This document shows positions 61,265-64,000 of a DNA stretch of 64,000 nt, in pieces. Numbering within the stretch: position 1 is the stretch's first letter; each line of letters opens with the position of its first letter. The notes below the pieces were generated by a model. That model ran no database searches. It was not told the DNA's origin and saw only the letters and a list, made by a program, of their open reading frames with translations. Origin of the DNA: Azolla caroliniana (taxonomy: Eukaryota > Plantae > Polypodiophyta); assembly GCA_043228905.1 (NCBI GenBank), contig JBHGNT010000007.1, positions 13,888,001 through 13,952,000 of the forward strand. The letters are read 5' to 3'. The translations under genes and the position numbers were made by a program.

Positions 61265-62529
61265 CTTTCCATGCTCATCTTTTACAACATGTCATCTTGC
61301 GCATCTCTTTGCGAGCATGTACGGAGGAAATATTACCACTAAGTCGCGATACTTTAAGTTTTCTATACAAGTCTCTACAATCCTCATCATACCATCTATT
61401 CGATGGCATAGACCAGGCTATTCTACTTTAATTTGTGTGTTTTGTGTATGGGAAACTACTAATTGTTGGGGAGTGAAGGATGTATGTGAGTTCTGTAGTA
61501 AGATTCTCTAAAGGCAAGGAAGAATCAAGAGAGGAGAGATGGGCTCGAACATGTCGAGAGTAGATGTCAAAGAGCTCATGTGTGAAATGTATTGTGGTGT
61601 GATGGTTTGGATTACTAGAGTTGGTGGGGTTATAGATGTCACATTTTAGCTCAAAGTATAGGAATCTATGGTCTGCACCAATAGGGCATGGGGACACCCG
61701 AAGGGAGTTAATCGTGTGGTTAGCTTCAGGGCATCCTATTAGATAATCAACTATGCTTTCCCCTCCTCCATGTGGGAAACATGTAAGCTCTTCCAAGCCC
61801 GGCCACTTGGCTAAACCATTATATATGATCATCTAGTGTTGACTTCCAAGTTTGAGCATATGATGGCCAAAGCTTGCGGCGTCCATACTTTGGTCTTTTG
61901 ATCTACGTGTGATGCCTATGGCTAAAGGGTTGACATTGACCATTTCTAGCTTTTTATCCATCTGAAATATTGTGCATTGTCAAGATTGGGTTCTCACATT
62001 GAAATCTCTTACGAGGAAGACTTCCCCTTGAGAAGAATATTGGATTATGCCATCCGATAAATGTTCGTATGGAGAGGGCCCATGTGGCGCTCCTTCATCC
62101 ACTAAACTCGCTTCTCCAACCATATTATAAAGGGATCCTTTCGGGGGAAAGTAACAAATGGCGATAAATATTGCCTGATCCTTGTTAGAGAGGACTTCCA
62201 CCCATATAAAATGGGCTTCTGGGTTTGTCGTTAGTATTTCTATCGTATTATGTATCTCTCTCCGAAACAATTTTGCAACATCTCTAGATCTTCTGGTAGT
62301 GTGTCGACGTGAGGTTTGTCTAAAAATAGACTCCCAACGAAAATCAGTCCTCTATTTGGACTCTAATGTGTTTCCACTAGAAGAAAAGTATATCAAATAC
62401 CTTCAAAATCTCCTCTAGAAGGCCAGGGTGTCTCCAAAGTGCACCATTACAATTCCATAAAGTCATCCTAATTCTATTGTCTGTCACATGGGTCACACGT
62501 CGTCAATTGGTGGCGCGATCATTTATTAT

Positions 62530-63763
62530 TGTCACGGACACACCAACCAAGAACTCGAATGGAGCATGGATGATGGGGTTACATGCGACGGGCTACGAAC
62601 ATAGAGCTAAGAAGTGACGAGGCTAGAAACTCAAGAAGTTGGGAGCGACGAGGCGACGAACTTAAGACACTAGGAACAATACAAGAGGTGTTGAAGATGA
62701 TGATGTCAAAGACGAAGCAATGACGACAATGATGTTGACTCTGGAAGCAATGACTGTGATTATGGCAATGATGGAAACTGAGAAATAGATGAAGAGGATA
62801 AGAAACACAGAGATCGAGACGTTGAGGATAAAAAGAAACACAAAGATAAAGATATAGAGGATGATAGAAAAAACACAGTGACAGGAATGAAGATGATAAG
62901 AAACACATAGATAGAGATGAAAATGGTAGGAAACATAGGGAGAAGGATGGCAATGACAAAAAACACAGAGATAGGGATGTGGAATATGATAAGAAGCGTA
63001 AAGATAGGGATGATGATAAGAAACACGAAGATAGGTATGTGGAGGATGAGAAGAAACTCAAAAACAAAGACGATGATGAGGAGAAACTAAAAGACAGAGA
63101 CAACAATGAGAAGAAACTAGGAGATAGAGATGGTGAGGAAGATAGGAAACGAAGGGATGTTGATGACAGTAACTCTGGAAGCAAGGACGGTGATGATGGT
63201 AACTCTAGAAGCAAGGGCGATGACGAAGACGGGTGATGCTTCCAGTTAGAAAGGATTCAAATTGTCACGGACATGCCAACCACGGACTCGAATGGAGCAC
63301 GGATGATGGGGCTACGAGCGACGGGCTACGAACATAGAGCTAAGAAGTGACGAGGCTAGAAACTTGGGAAGTTGGGAGCGACAAGGTGAGGAACTTAAGA
63401 CGCTAGGAACAATACAAGAGAATGAAGACAGAGATAAAAAGATCAAGCAGACAAGATAGGGGGAAATGAGAATTATAAATTGATGTGTTAATGACTGGCA
63501 TTGAATCCCATGAAAGGGATCAAGGAAGTTACAAGTATTTATACATGTTTGTGGTCTCTACATGTAGTTCCATGCATCGACCCATTTTCATGCAGAAGCT
63601 TCTAAAAACTTCTAGAACTTGGAATAGACAATGTACTAATAATCTACTAAGATATGAATAACATGACCATGTATTTGGATGTGTTGGTTAGAACATAACA
63701 CTTGACTATATACAAGAGGTGAAGAGTTTGAATCTTGACATGACAGTTGCCATGTTTGTGACA
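62530..63763 (-). mobile_element. small non-coding LTR element (partial LTR 62530-62687, GA-rich ~30-bp repeats, full LTR 63263-63763)
   Basis: TGTCAC...GTGACA termini, perfect TSD ATTAT, 158-bp direct repeat. Confidence 0.8.
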
Positions 63764-64000
63764 ATTATCACTTGTCTATCTCGGTAAAGGCACGATGCCC
63801 TTCTCTAAGAGCTTGCATAACTCACGGCATACAAGTTTTTTGGTGCTCAATTTAAATCTTGGTGAGGTCTTCATCTAGGTAGACAAGGTCCCTACCTAAT
63901 CCTCGAAGAATTGCTCTCTTATTAAAAAATGTGATGCTAGATTCCAAGTCTTTAAACTAAAGGACTAAAGCTCTCTTCCTAGTATTGTCATGTCCAACCC

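Larger units (their letters stand above)
58020..64000 (-). mobile_element. degraded RTE-X-like LINE (ORF1 tail, APE endonuclease, RT, C-terminal Cys/His region)
   Basis: ORF1-like VYLDEDLT...EGHRAF/YRDRQVIIN near 63770-63895. APE motifs CYFPP, DFNVRT, IVDY, ADH. RT motifs PIHKGGD, EQAGFR, GVKQGCPLSP, ADD. C-terminal LRISSHQLENENGR. Confidence 0.85.

Noticed and set aside
60524-61389. 9-bp TIR TGATGAGGA/TCCTCATCA as element ends
   Set aside because: The right arm is LINE coding sequence (WYDEDC). The 61264 end gives a near-TSD and restores the frame.
62579-63236. Ser/Leu/Phe-rich and Asp/Lys-rich ORFs
   Set aside because: Translations of a degenerate ~30-bp GA-rich repeat, with frame breaks.

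Overview
Repeat-dense eukaryotic DNA from a land plant, probably a non-seed plant such as a fern. That assignment is inferred from Tcn1-like chromovirus and RTE-X-like LINE content. The window is almost entirely nested retrotransposons and contains no intact host gene. Contents: the 3' part of a Ty1/copia element inside a Ty3/gypsy gag, itself inside another gypsy; an L1 fragment; one young intact chromovirus (12586-19602, apparently identical LTRs, 1477-aa Gag-Pol); a TA-microsatellite-targeted TIR element carrying a captured LysM exon; a 5-level nest (Tcn1-like > gypsy A' > copia > 13-kb gypsy B > solo LTR); and a minus-strand RTE-X-like LINE with two LTR insertions. Most notable: a non-chromovirus gypsy family has no polypurine tract before its 3' LTR. 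In its place, at three LTR junctions, is a conserved 40-nt tRNA-3'-half mimic ending in CCA, which reads as a second, antisense PBS. All boundaries were read by eye, and tRNA and lineage assignments are from recalled consensus, not from searches.
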